Positions 26,040-36,535 are shown, counted from the first letter of the stretch. The stretch: DNA of 64,000 nucleotides from Clostridia bacterium (GCA_017503865.1 JAFVSI010000023.1:7369-71368); one strand, 5' to 3'. Notes: generated by a model from the sequence alone, not told the origin. Numbers and translations: made by a program.

Positions 26040-27458
26040 GTGGAAAATATCGAAAAAAAGCCCTACGAAAGATTTTCTGGGCAAATAAAATATATCGAAA
26101 AAGTAAAGAATGATAACGATGCCACCTTTGCCGAGAGAGGTGAGAGAAGACGTGCCTTTGTCGTTACCTTTGGCTGTCAGCAAAACGAGGCAGACGGTGA
26201 GAAAATGAAGGGACTCGCTCTTGCGATGGGATATGACCTGACACAAGAGGTGAGCGAAGCGTCTCTCATACTCGTAAACACCTGTGCTATTCGTGAGCAC
26301 GCAGAGAAGAGAGCACTGTCTATCATCGGTCAGTACAAGCACTTAAAACAGAAAAATCCCGAGCTCATAATCGGTATTTCTGGCTGTATGGTAACGCAGG
26401 AGCATAGAGAATACGAGATAAAGCACAGCTACCCATACGTCGATTTTATCGTGGGAACGTCGGCATTTCACCGCATTCCCGAGCTTATTTACGAGAGACG
26501 TGCCCGTGACAAGAGGCAATTTTGCCGTGAGGACGAGTATGCCGTTGTTGAGGGAATGCCTATAAAGCGAGACAGCACCTACCGTGCGTGGGTGTCGGTA
26601 ATGTACGGCTGTAACAATTTCTGCTCGTACTGTATCGTGCCTTACGTCAGAGGCCGCGAGAGAAGCAGACAGAAACAAGAGGTCTTACGCGAGGTTGAGG
26701 AGCTTGTGAGGGCGGGATATAAGGATATAACCCTGCTTGGACAAAACGTAAACTCATACGGCAAGGACCTTCGTGCTGACTACGATTTTGCGGATTTGCT
26801 TTCCGAGCTTGATAAAATTGAGGGTGACTACACCCTTCACTTTATGACGAGTCACCCGAAGGACGCCACCAAAAAGCTTATCGACGTTATGGCAAAAGGA
26901 AAGCATATTGCAAAGCATTTTCACTTGCCTATGCAGTCGGGAAGTGACAGGGTGCTCTCTGCTATGAACCGCAGATACGATTTTGAGAAATATATCGGCA
27001 TTGTCGATTATATAAGAGAAAAAATGCCCACGGCAACGCTTTCTTCGGATATCATCGTCGGTTTTCCGGGTGAGAGTGACGAGGATTTCGAGGCAACGCT
27101 TTCGGCTCTTCACCGAGCGAGATTCGATATGATATATTCCTTCATCTACTCACCGCGAAAGGGAACGCCCGCCGCCGAGATGGATACGCAGATACCCGAC
27201 AAGATAAAGAGCGAGCGATTTGACAGACTCCTTGAAACTCAAAACGGCATAGCCCTTGAGGCTAACAAAAAGCTCGAGGGGCAGACGCTTCGCGTGCTTT
27301 GTGACGGAAGAAGCAAAAACAACAGCGAGATGTTTACAGGTCGTACCGAGGGAAACAAGATAGTTTTCTTTGACGGCACAGACAGTGACGAGGGCAAATT
27401 TATAGATATTTTCATTGAGCGAGGCGAGACCTTTGCTCTTTGGGGAAGAAAAGCTTGA
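26040..27458 (+). CDS. miaB: tRNA-2-methylthio-N6-dimethylallyladenosine synthase (radical SAM methylthiotransferase)
   Basis: GTG start. VVTFGCQQNEADGE (UPF0004 domain), the radical SAM motif GCNNFCSYCIVPYVRG, and a TRAM-like C-terminus. Confidence 0.9.
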   Translation: MENIEKKPYERFSGQIKYIEKVKNDNDATFAERGERRRAFVVTFGCQQNEADGEKMKGLALAMGYDLTQEVSEASLILVNTCAIREHAEKRALSIIGQYKHLKQKNPELIIGISGCMVTQEHREYEIKHSYPYVDFIVGTSAFHRIPELIYERRARDKRQFCREDEYAVVEGMPIKRDSTYRAWVSVMYGCNNFCSYCIVPYVRGRERSRQKQEVLREVEELVRAGYKDITLLGQNVNSYGKDLRADYDFADLLSELDKIEGDYTLHFMTSHPKDATKKLIDVMAKGKHIAKHFHLPMQSGSDRVLSAMNRRYDFEKYIGIVDYIREKMPTATLSSDIIVGFPGESDEDFEATLSALHRARFDMIYSFIYSPRKGTPAAEMDTQIPDKIKSERFDRLLETQNGIALEANKKLEGQTLRVLCDGRSKNNSEMFTGRTEGNKIVFFDGTDSDEGKFIDIFIERGETFALWGRKA

Positions 27459-27486
27459 TTTAGAAAAAAGAAAAGAGGTAAATAAA

Positions 27487-27873
27487 ATGGAAATTTTTGA
27501 ACTTGCAGCAGAGCTTGGTAAAGCACTCAAGGCAGACGAGAGACTCGTAAAGCTCGAGGAAGCAAAAAAGGCGTACGAGGAGAACAAAACTCTCCAGAGA
27601 AATATAGTAGAGTTTGACGTTCAGCAAAAGGCACTCCAGCAGGAGATGATAAAGCCCGAGAAGGACACCATCTTTATCGAGGTGATTCAAAAGAGAATCG
27701 ACGAGCTTTACAAGATGATAACCGAGGACGCAGACTTTGTGGCTCTCAACGAGGCACAGGCAGTAGTAAACGAGCTTATGAACTCGGTAAACAGCACCAT
27801 CACCTACAACATTACAGGCGAGCTTCCCTCGTCCTGCACACACGATTGCTCGAGCTGCGGCGGCTGCCACTAA
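27487..27873 (+). CDS. YlbF/YmcA family protein with C-terminal Cys cluster
   Basis: Start ATG 27487 after AGAGG. MEIFELAAELGKALKADERLVKLEEAKKAYEEN fits the YlbF family. The C-terminus is CTHDCSSCGGCH. Confidence 0.7.
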   Translation: MEIFELAAELGKALKADERLVKLEEAKKAYEENKTLQRNIVEFDVQQKALQQEMIKPEKDTIFIEVIQKRIDELYKMITEDADFVALNEAQAVVNELMNSVNSTITYNITGELPSSCTHDCSSCGGCH

Positions 27874-27907
27874 TTATTACTAAATCATTGAAAGTGAGGA
27901 TATCTCT

Positions 27908-30496
27908 ATGACTCCGATGATGGAGCAATATTTTGAGATAAAAAACCAATATAAAGATCATCTGCTTTTCTACCGTCTTGGCGACTTTTACGAGATGTTC
28001 TTTGACGATGCGATACTTGCCTCGCGTGAGCTTGGACTAACACTTACAGGCAGAGATTGCGGAGAGGCAGAGAGAGCTCCTATGTGCGGTGTACCCTTCC
28101 ACAGTGCAGAGGGATATATCGGAGAGCTTATTGAGAAGGGCTACAAGGTAGCTATCTGTGAGCAGACCGAGGACCCCGCACTCGCAAAGGGACTTGTAAG
28201 ACGCGAGGTAGTGAGAATAATAACTCCCGGTACTATAATCGAAAACGGACTACTCAGCGAAAAGACTAATAATTATCTCGCTTCGGTCTATATGACTGAT
28301 TTTAACTGCGGTGTTGCCTTTGCCGACATTTCAACTGGCGTTGTATATGCAACCTCCCTTTCGGGCACAACTCTTTTTAATAAGCTTTTAAACGAGCTTG
28401 GCACCTTCCGTCCGAGCGAGGTAATAGCAAACGTGCCGCCTGCTAATATCGGTAGCCTTGAGAGCTTCGTTTCAGAGCGGATCGGTGCTATGCTTACCCG
28501 TCCCGAGCTTATAAAATTCGATTACGATAACGCAAAGGAGCTTGTAAGAGAGCAGTTTTCATCAAAGGCTGATGAAAACGTTACCGAGGACAGAGCACTC
28601 ACCTCGGCTCTCGGTGCGTTGCTTTCTTATATAGCGGAGACACAAAAGACCGATATTTCCTACATCAACGACCTGAACGTCTACTCTGACGGACAGCATC
28701 TTGAAATGGATATTAACACGAGAAGAAACCTTGAGCTTGTAGAGACTATGCGTTCTAAGGAAAAGAAGGGAACTCTTCTTTGGGTGCTTGACAAAACCAA
28801 GACTGCCCCCGGAGCGAGACTCCTTCGCAACTGGGTGGAGCACCCCCTTGTCAGCTCCTCGAAGATAGCAAAGAGACAGCGAGCTGTCAGCGAGCTTGCA
28901 GGAGACTTTATGCTCCGCGAGGAGATAGGCGACCTTTTTTCGGGTGTGCTTGACCTTGAAAGACTTATTGCAAGAACTGTCTACGGTACGGCAAACGCAA
29001 AGGACCTTCGTGCTATAAGAAATTCTATTTCTATCCTTCCCGAGCTTAAGGGCATTCTTGAGAGATGCCTTAGTGACGAGCTTTCGGGTATTTGTAAAAG
29101 CATAGATACGCTTGAAGATATTTTCTCAAAGATAGATGCCGCAATTTGCGAGGAGCCGCCCTTCTCGACGAGAGAGGGTGGAATTATAGCCGAGGGCTAT
29201 AACGCTGACGTAGACCGCCTTCGCTCTATAATGAAGGACGGTAAGAGCTATATCGAGCAAATTGCCGAGAGCGAGAAGGAACGCACGGGTATAAAGACGC
29301 TTAAGGTTGGCTACAACAAGGTCTTTGGATATTACATAGAGGTATCAAAATCCTACGTAAACGAAGTTCCCGACCACTATATCCGCAAGCAGACGCTTAC
29401 AAACGGCGAGAGATATATCACGCAGGAGCTAAAGGATATGGAAGCTACTATTCTCGGAGCGGCAGACAAGGTATGCTCGCTTGAATACGAGCTTTTCTCC
29501 GAGGTTCGCGACTATGTGGCAAAGAACAGTGCAAGAGTGCAGAGAGCGGCAACGCTTATCTCAACCGTTGACGCGTATCTCAGCCTTGCAAACGTAGCGG
29601 TAAAGAACAATTACGTCTGCCCCGAGGTCGACGACAGCGACGTCATCGACATCAAGGACGGCAGACACCCCGTTGTCGAGCAGTTCGTGAGCGACAGCTA
29701 TTTCGTTCCAAACGATGCACTTCTCGATACCGACAGAAACCGCCTTATGCTTATAACAGGTCCCAATATGGCGGGTAAATCGACTTATATGAGGCAGATA
29801 GCCGAAATCGTTGTAATGGCACAGATAGGCTCGTTCGTTCCCGCTAAAGAGGCGAGAATAGGCGTTGTCGATAAGCTCTTTACAAGAGTGGGAGCATCTG
29901 ACGACCTCGCGTCAGGTCAGTCGACCTTTATGCTCGAGATGAACGAGGTTGCTTACATTCTCGCAAATGCGACAAAGCGTAGTCTTATCATATACGACGA
30001 GGTTGGACGAGGCACGTCAACCTTTGACGGAATGAGCATTGCACGTGCTATCGTTGAGTACACGCACAGCAAGAAGATAGGTGCAAAGACTCTCTTTGCA
30101 ACCCACTATCACGAGCTTACAGTCCTTGAGGACGAGCTTGAGGGTGTTGTAAACTACAATATTGCCGCTAAAAAGAGGGGGGACAACATTACCTTCCTCA
30201 GAAAAATAATAAGAGGCTCGACCGATGACAGCTACGGTATTGAGGTAGCAAAGCTTGCGGGCGTGCCGAATGAGGTAATCAAGAGAGCGAGAGAAGTGCT
30301 TGCCTCGGTTGAGAAGACCGCAAAGGCAATCAAGAGCACCGACAAGGCAGAAGAGGTCAAGGACGACACCCTTATCACTATGGACGATTTTGTAAACGAC
30401 CAAGTCATAGAGGAGCTTCGTGCCGTTGACTTGAATACACTTTCGCCTTATGAGGCTATGAGCTTTTTGTTCTCGCTTAAAAAGAGACTTAAATAA
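27908..30496 (+). CDS. mutS: DNA mismatch repair protein MutS
   Basis: 862 aa. MTPMMEQYFEIK, GDFYEMFFDDA and Walker A GPNMAGKST. Confidence 0.97.
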   Translation: MTPMMEQYFEIKNQYKDHLLFYRLGDFYEMFFDDAILASRELGLTLTGRDCGEAERAPMCGVPFHSAEGYIGELIEKGYKVAICEQTEDPALAKGLVRREVVRIITPGTIIENGLLSEKTNNYLASVYMTDFNCGVAFADISTGVVYATSLSGTTLFNKLLNELGTFRPSEVIANVPPANIGSLESFVSERIGAMLTRPELIKFDYDNAKELVREQFSSKADENVTEDRALTSALGALLSYIAETQKTDISYINDLNVYSDGQHLEMDINTRRNLELVETMRSKEKKGTLLWVLDKTKTAPGARLLRNWVEHPLVSSSKIAKRQRAVSELAGDFMLREEIGDLFSGVLDLERLIARTVYGTANAKDLRAIRNSISILPELKGILERCLSDELSGICKSIDTLEDIFSKIDAAICEEPPFSTREGGIIAEGYNADVDRLRSIMKDGKSYIEQIAESEKERTGIKTLKVGYNKVFGYYIEVSKSYVNEVPDHYIRKQTLTNGERYITQELKDMEATILGAADKVCSLEYELFSEVRDYVAKNSARVQRAATLISTVDAYLSLANVAVKNNYVCPEVDDSDVIDIKDGRHPVVEQFVSDSYFVPNDALLDTDRNRLMLITGPNMAGKSTYMRQIAEIVVMAQIGSFVPAKEARIGVVDKLFTRVGASDDLASGQSTFMLEMNEVAYILANATKRSLIIYDEVGRGTSTFDGMSIARAIVEYTHSKKIGAKTLFATHYHELTVLEDELEGVVNYNIAAKKRGDNITFLRKIIRGSTDDSYGIEVAKLAGVPNEVIKRAREVLASVEKTAKAIKSTDKAEEVKDDTLITMDDFVNDQVIEELRAVDLNTLSPYEAMSFLFSLKKRLK

Positions 30497-30498
30497 CC

Positions 30499-30543
30499 GA
30501 TAAATTACCTAAAGGTAGAAACCTTCGGTTTGCAAAATTTGAA
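30499..30543 (+). repeat. copy B of the ~45-bp intergenic element
   Basis: GATAAATTACCTAAAGGTAGAAACCTTCGGTTTGCAAAATTTGAA begins 2 nt after the mutS stop. Confidence 0.8.
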
Positions 30544-30583
30544 TATCAAACAAATAATAAACAAGAGAGGAGGATTTTCCACT

Positions 30584-32566
30584 ATGGGAAAGATAAACGT
30601 ACTGTCGTTTGAGGTAGCCAACCTTATAGCCGCAGGAGAGGTCGTTGACAGACCTGCTTCTGTCGTTAAGGAGCTTATGGAAAACGCAATAGACTCGGGT
30701 GCTGATCGCATAACTGTCGAAATACAGCACGGCGGCGTTACCTTTATTGGTGTTACCGATAATGGCTGCGGAATGGAAGCCGAGGACCTTCCCGTAGCTA
30801 TAAGACGTCACGCCACGAGTAAGATTCGCGAGGCGAGTGACCTCGACGGAATTTCCACTCTCGGTTTTCGCGGCGAGGCACTTGCGGCAATAGCATCGGT
30901 CTCGCATATGCGAATCATATCAAAGCCAAGAGGAGCTGATGTTGGAGCTATGCTCGAGGCTGATTGCGGAAATATTATCAGTGTGAGTGAGAGAGGAGCA
31001 TCCGAGGGAACGAGAGTTATTGTCGAAAATCTATTTGCAAACGTTCCCGCAAGAAGAAAATTCTTGAAAAAGGACGCCACCGAGGCTATGGCGGTTGCCG
31101 CCTACGTCGAAAAGATAGCTCTTTCCCGCCCCGATATAGCCTTCCGCCTTATAATTGACGGTACCGCGAAGCTCGACACAGTTGGCGACGGCAACCTCAA
31201 AAACACTATATATGCTGTCTTTGGACGTGATTTTGCTTCCAAGCTTATACCTACCGATATGACGCTTGACTCGGTAAAGGTCAGCGGCTTTATCGGTCGA
31301 AGCGACAACGTAAGAGCTAACAGAAATTATCAAAACTTCTTTATAAACGGAAGATACATAAAGAGCAAGACCGCGTGTGCGGCAATCGAGCAGGCATATA
31401 CGTCATATATCCCGCCCGAAAAATTCCCGTGCTGTGTTTTGCGTATAGACATAAATCCCGCAGCGGTCGACGTAAACGTTCACCCTGCAAAGCTCGAGGT
31501 CAAGTTCTCTAACGAGAGACTCGTATTTGAGGCGGTCTATTATGCGGTTCGAAACGCACTTGAGGCAAACATAACACGCCCGTCAATTGATACCTCATCG
31601 GTTTGGGCTCCACCAAAAAAGGTGAGCGAGATGACCTCGCCCGTTGACGAGAAGCGAGAGAGCCTTGAAAAAAGACAGGTGAGTGTTCCGCTTTACACAA
31701 AGTCCGAGCCGAAGCCTGCCGAAAAGCCAAAAACAAGCGGTGGCTTTGAGCATCTTACGGCAGAGGAATACGTAAGACAGTATGTGGCACAAAATGCGGC
31801 AAGGTCAACACCCACACAAAAGCCCCAAGGTGCCGTCAACACTCCCGAATTAAAGGTAGTGACTCCGCCTCCCGTTAAGGAAGAGCCAAAGGTACAAACG
31901 GTCGCACCTAAAATCGTGGAGACGAAAATTTACGAGCAAGTAAAGCCCGCTCCCTCAGGTTCTGTGGAAAACTCCGCACCCAAATCGCTTGAATACAGAA
32001 TCGTCGGTGAGGTCTTTAATTCCTACGTAATCGTCGAGAAGGGCGACACGATGCTCCTTATCGATAAGCACGCAGCACATGAGCGTATAATTTTCGAGAA
32101 ACTCAAAAAGAGTATGAAGGAAGCGACAATTACCTCGCAGATGCTTATGATTCCTATTGAGGTTATGATGACCTCGGCTGAGATACGCAGCCTTGAAGAA
32201 TTTAAGGCGGACATCGAGGCGGTCGGCTTTGAGGTAAGCTTTGGACAGAACACCGTCAGCGTCAGTGCAATTCCCGAGGGAATTGAGATGGCGGCAGTTG
32301 AGGATATGCTTATAACTATGGCAGACAGAATGAAGGAAGGCACGGGAAGTGCCCGTCTTACAAGAGATATAATTTTTGAGAAAGCACTTTATCAGGCGTC
32401 CTGCAAGGCAGCAATCAAGGCGGGCAGGGAATATGCCCCCGAGCAGATAAAATGGATAGTAGATAAGCTTATGGAGCTGCCCGACATTACCTTCTGCCCT
32501 CACGGCAGACCTGTTGCTATGGAAATGAAGCACAGACAGCTTGATAAACAGTTTGAAAGATGCTAA
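30584..32566 (+). CDS. mutL: DNA mismatch repair protein MutL
   Basis: Start ATG 30584 after GAGAGGAGGA. ANLIAAGEVVDRPASVVKELMENAIDSGA (GHKL ATPase), with a Pro/Lys-rich linker. Confidence 0.95.
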   Translation: MGKINVLSFEVANLIAAGEVVDRPASVVKELMENAIDSGADRITVEIQHGGVTFIGVTDNGCGMEAEDLPVAIRRHATSKIREASDLDGISTLGFRGEALAAIASVSHMRIISKPRGADVGAMLEADCGNIISVSERGASEGTRVIVENLFANVPARRKFLKKDATEAMAVAAYVEKIALSRPDIAFRLIIDGTAKLDTVGDGNLKNTIYAVFGRDFASKLIPTDMTLDSVKVSGFIGRSDNVRANRNYQNFFINGRYIKSKTACAAIEQAYTSYIPPEKFPCCVLRIDINPAAVDVNVHPAKLEVKFSNERLVFEAVYYAVRNALEANITRPSIDTSSVWAPPKKVSEMTSPVDEKRESLEKRQVSVPLYTKSEPKPAEKPKTSGGFEHLTAEEYVRQYVAQNAARSTPTQKPQGAVNTPELKVVTPPPVKEEPKVQTVAPKIVETKIYEQVKPAPSGSVENSAPKSLEYRIVGEVFNSYVIVEKGDTMLLIDKHAAHERIIFEKLKKSMKEATITSQMLMIPIEVMMTSAEIRSLEEFKADIEAVGFEVSFGQNTVSVSAIPEGIEMAAVEDMLITMADRMKEGTGSARLTRDIIFEKALYQASCKAAIKAGREYAPEQIKWIVDKLMELPDITFCPHGRPVAMEMKHRQLDKQFERC

Positions 32567-32587
32567 AGGAAGGATAAATACTAAAAT

Positions 32588-33724
32588 ATGTTCGAGTTAC
32601 TTTGTACCGATGGAAGAGCACGCAGAGGTGTTTTCCATACCGTTCACGGAGATATACAAACTCCCGTATTTATGAACGTGGGCACCTGTGCCGCAATCAA
32701 GGGCGGCGTTTCCTCGCGTGAGCTTATCGACCTTGACTGTCAGGTGGAGCTTTCAAATACCTACCACCTTCACATTCGCCCCGGTGACAAGCTCATATAT
32801 GAGATGGGCGGACTTCATAGATTTATGAACTGGGAACGCCCAATACTTACCGATAGCGGCGGATTTCAGGTATTTTCACTCTCTCAGTTGCGTAAAATAA
32901 CCGAAGAGGGAGTAAAGTTTGCCTCCCACGTTGACGGAAAGCGTATATTTATGGGCCCTGAGGAGAGTATGCAGATACAGTCGAACCTTGCTTCGACTAT
33001 TGCAATGGCTTTTGACGAGTGCGTTGAAAATCCCGCACCCTACGATTACGTAAAGCAGTCGAGCGAAAGAACTACAAGGTGGCTCGTTCGTTGCAAAAAG
33101 GAGATGGAAAGACTTAATTCCTTGCCCGAGACGATAAACAAAAAGCAGATGCTTTTCGGTATAAATCAGGGAGGTACTTACGAGGACCTTCGTATTGCAC
33201 ATATGAAGGCGATTGCCGAGCTTGACCTTGACGGATACGCAATAGGCGGTCTTGCAGTGGGCGAGGCTACCGAGGATATGTATCGCATAATCGATGCGGT
33301 AGAGCCCTATATGCCCAAGAATAAGCCGAGATACCTTATGGGAGTCGGTACACCCTGTAACATTCTTGAGGCGGTGCATCTCGGAGTTGATTTCTTCGAC
33401 TGCGTAATGCCGAGCCGTAATGCCCGTCACGGCAACCTCTTTACATGGCATGGCAAGATGAATCTTATGAATGAGAAGTACGCCAAGGACCCCCGTCCCT
33501 TTGACGAGAACTGTGGTTGTCCCGCTTGCCGTAATTACAGCCGTTCCTATATTCGTCATCTTATAAAGGCGAAGGAATCGCTCGGTATGAGACTTGCCGT
33601 TGCACACAACCTCTATTTCTATAACAATCTCACAAGAAAGATTCGCGAGGCACTTGACGGCGGCTACTTCGAGAGCTTCTATCAAAAATATAGAAACATT
33701 CTTGGCGAGCGTTCGCAGGACTAA
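32588..33724 (+). CDS. tgt: tRNA-guanosine(34) transglycosylase
   Basis: RRGVFHTVHGDIQTPVFMNVGT, LTDSGGFQVFSL and the zinc motif CGCPACRNYSRSYIRH. Confidence 0.95.
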   Translation: MFELLCTDGRARRGVFHTVHGDIQTPVFMNVGTCAAIKGGVSSRELIDLDCQVELSNTYHLHIRPGDKLIYEMGGLHRFMNWERPILTDSGGFQVFSLSQLRKITEEGVKFASHVDGKRIFMGPEESMQIQSNLASTIAMAFDECVENPAPYDYVKQSSERTTRWLVRCKKEMERLNSLPETINKKQMLFGINQGGTYEDLRIAHMKAIAELDLDGYAIGGLAVGEATEDMYRIIDAVEPYMPKNKPRYLMGVGTPCNILEAVHLGVDFFDCVMPSRNARHGNLFTWHGKMNLMNEKYAKDPRPFDENCGCPACRNYSRSYIRHLIKAKESLGMRLAVAHNLYFYNNLTRKIREALDGGYFESFYQKYRNILGERSQD

Positions 33725-33727
33725 GGT

Positions 33728-33771
33728 ATAAATTACCTAAAGGTAGAAACCTTCGATTTGCAAGATTTGAA
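33728..33771 (+). repeat. copy C of the ~45-bp intergenic element
   Basis: ATAAATTACCTAAAGGTAGAAACCTTCGATTTGCAAGATTTGAA begins 3 nt after the tgt stop and differs from copy B at two positions. Confidence 0.8.
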
Positions 33772-33792
33772 ATATATTTAAAGGGTAAACAA

Positions 33793-35181
33793 ATGATAAT
33801 AAATGAAAAAATAATTCCCGAGGTACTTGCAGTTGCAATGTCGGGCGGAGCAGATTTTGCCGAAATTTTTGCTCAGCGTTCGAGAACTAACAGCATAAAT
33901 TATCTCGGCGGGAAAATTGATAACATCAGCGACAACGTTATAAGCGGTGTTGGAGTAAGAGCCTTCATCGGTACGAAGACGGTATATGCTTCAACCACCG
34001 ACATAAGCCGCGAGGGACTTCTCAGGTGTGCCGAGAGTGTTGCGGCAGCTATGGGCGAAAGCAGAAAAACGGCACTTTCAAATATTGTGCTTACTCCCAC
34101 AGCGGTAAATAATGCTCACACGGTAAAGACCTATCCTTCAGACGTTGAAACAAAAGTTAAAGCGGACATACTCCGCTCTGCCTGCTCCGCGGCAAAGGAG
34201 TACGACTCTCTTATTTCGCAGTGTACGGGAACTTATCTTGACGTTGACCGCACGATACTTGTGGCAAACACCGAAGGATTACTCGTTACCGACAGAAAGA
34301 TAAGAACTCGTCTTATCGTTAGTGCTGTTGCCTCACGTGACGGTGAAAATCAGTCGGGAATGTGCGGTCCGGGTGCAGGAATGGGTATGGAGTTTTTTGA
34401 TACCATATCTCCCGAAGAGACCGGTAAACACGCCGCACGTCAGGCAATTACCAATCTTAAGGCTGACTACTGTCCCGCAGGACAGATGACGGTAGCCATA
34501 GAGAACGGATTTGGCGGAGTTATATTCCACGAGGCTTGCGGTCACTCTCTTGAGGCAACTCAGGTAGGCGTCGGAATGAGTGAGATGTGCGGAAAGCTCG
34601 GTCAAAAAATCGCTAACGAAAAGATAACGGCGATTGACGACGGAACTATCGTTAATGGCTGGGGCTCGTCTAATATCGATGATGAGGGCAATCCCACACA
34701 GCGTAACGTTCTGATTGAAAACGGAATTTTAAAGAATTATATGATAGACAGGCTCGGTTCAAGACGAATGGGAATGCCTATGACGGGCAACAGCCGCCGT
34801 CAGAACTACGGCTTTGAGCCTACCTCGAGAATGACCAACACCTTTATCGACAACGGTTCCGACAAGAACGAGGACATTATCGCCTCTATCGAGTACGGAC
34901 TTTACGCAAAGGAAATGGGCGGTGGCTCGGTAAATCCGCTGACGGGTGCATTCAATTTTGCCGTTAAAGAGGGCTATATTGTCAGAAACGGAAAAATATG
35001 CGAGCCTGTAAGAGGGGCATCACTTATCGGAACGGGCTCTCAGATACTCGAGGATATCGATATGGTTGGACAAAATCTTGCAACGGGACAGGGAATGTGT
35101 GGCTCGTCGAGCGGAAACGTGCCCACCGACGTCGGTCAGCCCCTTATCCGTGTTAGCAAGATAACCGTTGGCGGAAGATAA
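33793..35181 (+). CDS. tldD: TldD family metalloprotease
   Basis: 462 aa. HEACGHSLE metal motif, peptidase U62 pattern, paired with a PmbA-like gene. Confidence 0.85.
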   Translation: MIINEKIIPEVLAVAMSGGADFAEIFAQRSRTNSINYLGGKIDNISDNVISGVGVRAFIGTKTVYASTTDISREGLLRCAESVAAAMGESRKTALSNIVLTPTAVNNAHTVKTYPSDVETKVKADILRSACSAAKEYDSLISQCTGTYLDVDRTILVANTEGLLVTDRKIRTRLIVSAVASRDGENQSGMCGPGAGMGMEFFDTISPEETGKHAARQAITNLKADYCPAGQMTVAIENGFGGVIFHEACGHSLEATQVGVGMSEMCGKLGQKIANEKITAIDDGTIVNGWGSSNIDDEGNPTQRNVLIENGILKNYMIDRLGSRRMGMPMTGNSRRQNYGFEPTSRMTNTFIDNGSDKNEDIIASIEYGLYAKEMGGGSVNPLTGAFNFAVKEGYIVRNGKICEPVRGASLIGTGSQILEDIDMVGQNLATGQGMCGSSSGNVPTDVGQPLIRVSKITVGGR

Positions 35182-35194
35182 GGCAGGTGTAAGT

Positions 35195-36535
35195 ATGAAT
35201 TTTGAAAAAGCAAGAGAAATTCTTATTTCTGCGGCAAAGGCGGCAGAACTTACAGAATACGAGATATATTATATACAAAGCGAAAGTGTGGCTGCAGAAA
35301 CACTTAAGGACGAGATTTCTTCCTTTTCAAGCAGTGTTGAGGGCGGAATAAGCTTTCGCTGTATATCGAACGGAAAAATGGGATATGCCTCAAGTGAGCT
35401 TTTCGAGAAAGAAGAAATGGAAGCGCTTGTAAAAAGAGCAATTTCAAATGCCGAGAATATGGACGGTGATGACGTTCCCGAAATATTCAGAGGCTCCGAA
35501 AGCTATCCCAAGCCCACTCACAAGGCTCCCGCTGATATTTCGGCGGCAACTCTTAAGGAAGTGGCACTTGAACTTCAGAAAAAGACCTACGGTGAGAGTG
35601 AGTACGTTGCCGACGGCACACAAAGCGGAGCTTTCGTGTCAAAGATGGACGTAGCACTTTCAAATTCCTACGGACTTGAGCTTCGCAATACACTCGGAAC
35701 GTGTGGCTCATACGTTCAGGCTGTTATCAACCGCAACGGTGAAGCGGAGAGCGAGTTTAAGCTTTGTGAGGGCTTTGAGGGCGAAAAATATGACTCTATG
35801 AGTAAAAGAGCAGTAGAGGGTGCACTCGAAAAGCTTGGTGCGACCGAGGTGGATTCGGGAAAATACGATATAGTTTTCTCTGCAAAAGAGATGAAGAGTA
35901 TGCTTTCTACCTTTTCTTCTGTTTTTTCGGGGAAAATGGCACACGAGGGACTCTCACTCCTTGCAGGTAAGGTTGGAGAGAAAATTGCGGCAGACTGTAT
36001 CACAATAGTTGACGATCCTATGCGAGAGGGAAGTTCGATGCAGACTTCGTTTGACGGAGAGGGAGTAGCGACTTATAGAAAGAACGTAATCGAGAACGGA
36101 GTTCTCAAAACTCTCCTTTACGATCTCGCCACCGCCAAGAAGGTGGGCGTTGTGTCAACGGGTAACGGACACAGAGGCTCTTATACAAGCCCCGTTTCGA
36201 TTGCCCCCTATAACTTCTATATAAAGGGCGGAGAAAAGACACGTGAGGAGCTTATGGCAGGAGTAGAAAAGGGAATATATATAACCGAGCTTAAGGGACT
36301 TCACGCAGGTGCAAACGCCGTCACGGGAGATTTTTCCATTGAGAGTGCGGGATTTTTGATAGAAAACGGAAAATTGGGACGTGCGGTAAAATCCTTTACC
36401 GTTGCAGGTAACTTCTTTGAGATGCTTCGCTCGATTGAGGATATTTCAAGTAACGTTGACTTCTCGTTTGGTTCTCTCACCTCCTTCGGTTCTCCCGATG
36501 CACTTGTAAGAAATATGAGCGTTGCAGGAAAATAA
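35195..36535 (+). CDS. pmbA: PmbA/TldE family protein
   Basis: Start ATG 35195. U62-family pattern without the HExxxH motif, directly downstream of tldD. Confidence 0.8.
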   Translation: MNFEKAREILISAAKAAELTEYEIYYIQSESVAAETLKDEISSFSSSVEGGISFRCISNGKMGYASSELFEKEEMEALVKRAISNAENMDGDDVPEIFRGSESYPKPTHKAPADISAATLKEVALELQKKTYGESEYVADGTQSGAFVSKMDVALSNSYGLELRNTLGTCGSYVQAVINRNGEAESEFKLCEGFEGEKYDSMSKRAVEGALEKLGATEVDSGKYDIVFSAKEMKSMLSTFSSVFSGKMAHEGLSLLAGKVGEKIAADCITIVDDPMREGSSMQTSFDGEGVATYRKNVIENGVLKTLLYDLATAKKVGVVSTGNGHRGSYTSPVSIAPYNFYIKGGEKTREELMAGVEKGIYITELKGLHAGANAVTGDFSIESAGFLIENGKLGRAVKSFTVAGNFFEMLRSIEDISSNVDFSFGSLTSFGSPDALVRNMSVAGK

